In this document: in pieces, positions 28,118 to 33,807 of the stretch | Layout of the letters: every line of letters starts with the position of its first letter | How positions within the stretch are numbered: position 1 is the stretch's first letter | Assembly: GCA_964016885.1 (NCBI GenBank) | Contig: CAXHJY010000974.1 | Span: forward strand, 1-33,807 | Origin: Eledone cirrhosa | Lineage: Eukaryota | Reading direction: 5' to 3' | DNA: 33,807 nt | The notes under the pieces: model-generated | What the model saw: the letters and a program-made list of their open reading frames with translations, nothing else | What the model was told of the DNA's origin: nothing | Databases searched by the model: none | Made by a program: the position numbers and the translations under genes

Positions 28118-28915
28118 ATATGATTAAAACTGCTTCAGTCTGATAGAATTTTATTTATATCTATTGATACATAGTAATTTAGAGGGAACATAGATAGAAA
28201 GACGTATCAAGAAAGAGGTAGATAAATGTATATATTTTTATTTGCAACATATATAATTATGATTTATAGCAGTTTCATATGACAACTTTCTAGTATATTA
28301 TAATTCTCTTCATCATTAACATCATACTATATTTGTGTTGATACTCTATAATATATAACGATTTATCATTTTATTTTACCTCGTACGTTTAAGTCAAATG
28401 TTCCATGTGTTATGAAGATGTATATTGTTGCGTGTAGACTAATATAAAATATACATAATCTAAGATTAAATGTAATGTCTACACCTATTTATTTAAATAC
28501 ACAATTACATGTATACATACATATATAATACAGCTGAAAGTTTTACACAGACTATATAACAAACACATACGTGATATATAGAGAGGTAGAATATATAGTC
28601 CCATGTATATGTGGAAAGTTCGCATACATACTTATAGTTGTTATATACTTATATGCAGCTAGCCATTAGAGTACAATGTCGTTTTTATACTTCTAAACAA
28701 CCGCCAGGAGGGTAGTTGATCATGTAATGACGCCCGTCTCTTATGAACCAGTGTGCACTTTCTATTGTGAACAAAAAATATTCAGTTATATTAACTCGAA
28801 GAAGTATTCATGTGATAATGATTTATACATATGTTAACTTACATATCTTCGTATATATATATATACATATAATACTGGAATTATTTTGTACACATTTACA
28901 ATACCGTTGTGAAAA

Positions 28916-29714
<799 letters not shown>

Positions 29715-30064
29715 GTGAGTTTTTTTTTTTACAAAATGAAAAATAACCGAGGTGTCCTACACGAGTGAAATTATAAAGAAAAAGAGATGAAATCGAAAAT
29801 GCAACTGGAGTCTTATTTTTTATTTTCTAAAGTAGAAGGTGTTATGTGTGTGTGTGTATGTCATATTGTGGTGTTGACATAATGTATATTAAACCTTATT
29901 TAACGTTGGTCTATATTTTTGAATAAACATATTTTCCTTATTTATTCGCATTTCTACTTTAGAAAATAAAAACCCGAATTAAATAAACCTTAACATACGT
30001 TTGCACTGGCAATACAACAGCAAACACGAAAAAGTAAGGAAAATATGTTCATTCAAAAATATTC

Positions 30065-30420
30065 CTACTAAAGGAATCACTTTCCTACACACACACATAC
30101 ACACACACACAATATATATGTATATATAGTCTCTTCATCTTAACATGTTAACCATACACCCACACACATAACACCCATACACACACATACCAACCCCCAC
30201 ACCAACAACTCCCTCCCCATTTCTACTAATAGAACCACTTTCCTACACACATATATATATACACACACACAAAATATATATTCTCTCCATCTTAACATAC
30301 TCGTACACACACACATAACACCCATATACACACACACAACTCCCTCCCCCATCTCTACTAATAGAATCATCTTCCAATACACACATACACACACACACAC
30401 ACATACACACACACAAGCAC
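30065..30420. repeat. Degenerate CA-rich tandem repeat, ~2.5 units of 130-160 bp
   Basis: CTACTAA(T/A)(A/G)GAA(T/C)CA motif at 30065, 30223 and 30355. Confidence 0.8.
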
Positions 30421-30917
30421 ACAAATAAACATACATATCTTCACTTCAATAGAAAATCTGAATTCTGACACCCCGGCGAGCTGGCCATATTCACGGAACC
30501 AGAACAAATCTCCCAATACCTTTTCTCTTGACCACTATCTCTCCATTGTCATAACATTCACTATAAAGACTACAGAATAGTTTTCCAAATAAGGGCGCAA
30601 AAATGTTATGAAAACTTGTTCACGTGACAGCCAAATTTCATTTATAACCAACCAAAAAAAAGCCTTCGTGAGCCTCCTTTTTTCAAGTAAAAAGAAATTC
30701 AAACACTCATATATGAAAAAAACAACCTGTGACCCCCTCTCTTATTTGAAGAACTATTGTAACGCGAACTGGCGCGAAATTTATTATAATTATTGACAAA
30801 CCAATCAAATTACTTCTCGAAAAACCTGGCATTTCGAGCCACTTTTCCATATAAAACAAGTAACATTCAGAGACCAACCAGATGTGAGAAAAACCACAGA
30901 CCCTCCATCTCAACTCA

Positions 30918-30955
30918 CCTTTTGAAAAGCAGAAGAACTTCGAAACCGGTAAAGG
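30918..30955 (+). ncRNA. Degenerate (probably dead) minimal hammerhead
   Basis: CCTT-TTGAAAA-GCAGAAGAACTTC-GAAA-CCGG-TA-AAGG, then AATAAA. The core differs from CTGAAGA at two positions. Confidence 0.55.
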
Positions 30956-31036
30956 AACAAATAAATAAATATTTAAAATAAAAAAAAAAAATAAAAAAAA
31001 ATAACTCCAGTTGCATTTTCGATTTCATCTCTTTTT

Positions 31037-31114
<78 letters not shown>

Positions 31115-31119
31115 CTGTG

Positions 31120-32224
31120 TGTCCCATATAAAATAATACAACCAGCTATCCACGAAATGACGGTTAGTTAGCACCCCAAACATTAAATTCGGTAAATACT
31201 TAGGTATATCCTAATGTTTGTTGAGTGAGATTGAGATGGTCAGAGTATCGCTTAAGGCTTTCTCTATTAATGTATTAAATATATACTCTTGGTGGCCGAA
31301 TATGATTTCCATATGTAAAGTATGACTCTCTTTATTATTATTATTTGTATATGAAACGGCGGTGGATTGGTTATATCGGTAGAGAGTCGGACGCCATGTT
31401 TTCAAGCATAGTTACGTCCCTTTACGGTCTGAGTTCAAATCCCGTCGAGGTTAACTTTGCCTTTCATCCTTACGGGGTCGATAAAATAAAGTACCAGTAA
31501 TATATTGGGTAATTGGTGGCCTTGTGCCAAAAGTAGAAACAATTATTTTTTATATGAAATACTGATTGATCTTCCTTATGTCCCATGTCTGATTTAGCCT
31601 TAGAGAATAACTATGTGTGTATATGGATGGTCCATACATGTAATGATTATATTATAATATCTCTGTGTGTGCATTGGTTGTGTACACATATAGTTATACC
31701 CTTAATATCCAATTGAGTTCTTAAATACGTGGTTATAATACCTAACAGTTTTAAATGACCAGCGTGTATATAGTTTGATATTTTAAGATGACCTCCCCTT
31801 ACCCACTTGGGGACAGAGTTTATTTTATCTTTGAGAGGACTGCTGGATTTTCGAATCTACCAGTCTCTTTTTAGTGCTGAAGGAGATCATCACTTATCTA
31901 TTAATGTCGATGTAATTTTTATATCGATATTATTTGGGCATCCACTGATGAGTTTATAAGAGACGGCTTGTGTATAAAACTATTGCTTATATACAAGTTT
32001 TTACATAACCTGGACATTTTTTATCCCAAATTGTAGAAATCTTATAACGAAGGAAAGATATATTTATTTAATTATGTCTCATATAACATAATACAACCAG
32101 CTATCCAGGAAATACTGATTAGTTAGCACCTCAAACACTAAATTGGGAAAATACTTAGGTATATCCTAATGTTTGTTGATGTAGATGGAGTTGGTCAGAG
32201 CATCGCTTAAGGCTTTCTCTGTTA

Positions 32225-32230
<6 letters not shown>
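31120..32230 (+). repeat. 156-bp direct repeat pair (31120-31275 / 32075-32230)
   Basis: ATAATACAACCAGCTATCC...GCTTAAGGCTTTCTCT(A/G)TTAATGTAT; offset 955 bp; roughly 85% identical by eye. Confidence 0.88.
31358..31547 (+). mobile_element. SINE, full-length copy
   Basis: GGCGGTGGATTGG start, B-box GAGTTCAAATCC, core and tail. Flanked by TATATGAAA at 31348-56 and 31551-59 (TSD remnant). Confidence 0.92.
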
Positions 32231-32297
<67 letters not shown>

Positions 32298-33807
32298 TTT
32301 GTTTCTGAATTTGTTTAGTAAGATTCTTTATCTGAAAACGTGTGTTGAAACCGATATTGTTATACTTTGGGAGGGTCATGTTGCCAATAAGAAACACACG
32401 CACCAGATGCTTTCACTTCAATTTATTATAATAAATTTATAAATTTAGGAATTTATAAATTTCTGGTTGGTTGGTTGGTTCCACAACCAGATGCTTGTTT
32501 ATATATTGTCAAAGTTATTTCCTCACACATTATGTGACCTCTTCAGTGACTAAGGATTATTTTCTTTGTTTTCCTCACAACGGTATTATAAATGTGAACA
32601 AAATCATTCCAGTAATATTTACATTATGAAATATGATTGTTAACTGAATCGATCTGTTATTGATTCCATTAATCTAGCCTGTTACAGGAAACGAGAAGAT
32701 GAAACAGCTTTCTCAGAGGACTCTTTGTCCAGTCCTAATAATTTTATAAACTCGAAAGGTATTTAGTAAAAGTGATTCTGGTATTTATATGTTCCTATCG
32801 TATTAAGATGGTTAACATATGACAAACGTTACAAATTAGAATTCTTACATAAGTCATCACGAAGTTGAACATAAGACCAAATTTGAGGAAGAACATGTAA
32901 CGCCGTAAATAAATAAAAACAAAAAAAAACAGGAATTGTAATCAGCAATTGAGTTTGTCAAATTATAAATATATCAAAGCGATAAACTAAGGATATTAAT
33001 ATAATGAAACCCTTATCATCACATCGATTTATTTTCACTATTGTGTTAACCTAAAACATAGATTTCACGTGTTTCTACGAATGTTTGCGAGCCTGATTGC
33101 GAAAGTAGTGTCAAATATCCATAGACGACATAGTTAAGAAAATTATATGTTCAAATAAATCAATGAACGTAGTACATATACATATCAGTTTCGTTTCCAA
33201 TCTAATTCTGCATGAAGAGATCCGAGAATTGTGAATCTCAATATATACAGTATAGATTAATGGTGCAGTTGCTCTTTGATTTATATAATTCATCCTACCG
33301 AAAGTATTTCTATTAAGGTTTAAATTCTCACTGTACTGGCACGTAAAACTAAAATAAGCATTTGAGATACCTCTGTTTTTTATTCGGTTCCTTTCCCACT
33401 CTACTACTTGTAATATTATTACCGATAATAGTTGCCTTTTCTTTTGATATGATTTTCGTGTCGATAGCTAAACTACATTTAGCTTCTTTGCTACAGTATA
33501 TTAGTGACTTTAGCAAATATATTTCTAAAAGAGTTGCAAAAGAAAATCCTCACAACATATCTTAGACATTATAGAAACATGGCAAAGGGAAATATGTGTG
33601 ATCGTAATGATAGACTTCTTTCCGAAAAAAGACAAATAAACCTTTCCATTTACATTAAATCTCTACAATTACAAAACATACATCAGCGCCAAACGAAAGT
33701 CCGTATAACAATTATGGATATTGTAACAAAGTTTCTCTCTACTCTTCAGTCCAGATCGAAAACGACATCATAGATTTGAAATTGCACAAGCATTATAGTA
33801 CATGTAC

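Larger units (their letters stand above)
29772..31043. repeat. Perfect 40-bp inverted repeat pair (29772-29811 / 31004-31043)
   Basis: TATAAAGAAAAAGAGATGAAATCGAAAATGCAACTGGAGT and its exact reverse complement. Confidence 0.88.

Overview
Very AT-rich, repeat-dominated eukaryotic DNA, either intronic or intergenic. The repeat content suggests a cephalopod or octopod mollusc, but that is an inference. I can support no intact host gene, and almost all long ORFs in the track are translations of (TA)n or (CA)n microsatellites. The window holds three large G-interrupted (TA)n arrays, 12 copies of one tRNA-derived SINE (two subfamilies), and a decayed R4/Dong-type RLE LINE nested in (AAT)n tail-to-tail with a probable Tx1/L1 3' end. 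It also has three RTE-clade LINE relics (one with a twin-priming-type 5' inversion, one internally deleted with a possible HDV-like ribozyme), two Helitron ends and several long inverted repeats. The most striking signal is a set of minimal type-I hammerhead ribozymes of the Penelope/retrozyme kind. Three have an intact CUGANGA/GAAA core, and two of those sit in 350-400 bp palindromes that place the ribozyme on both strands. All three, despite different stem II sequences, share a C-C mismatch at stem II position 4.
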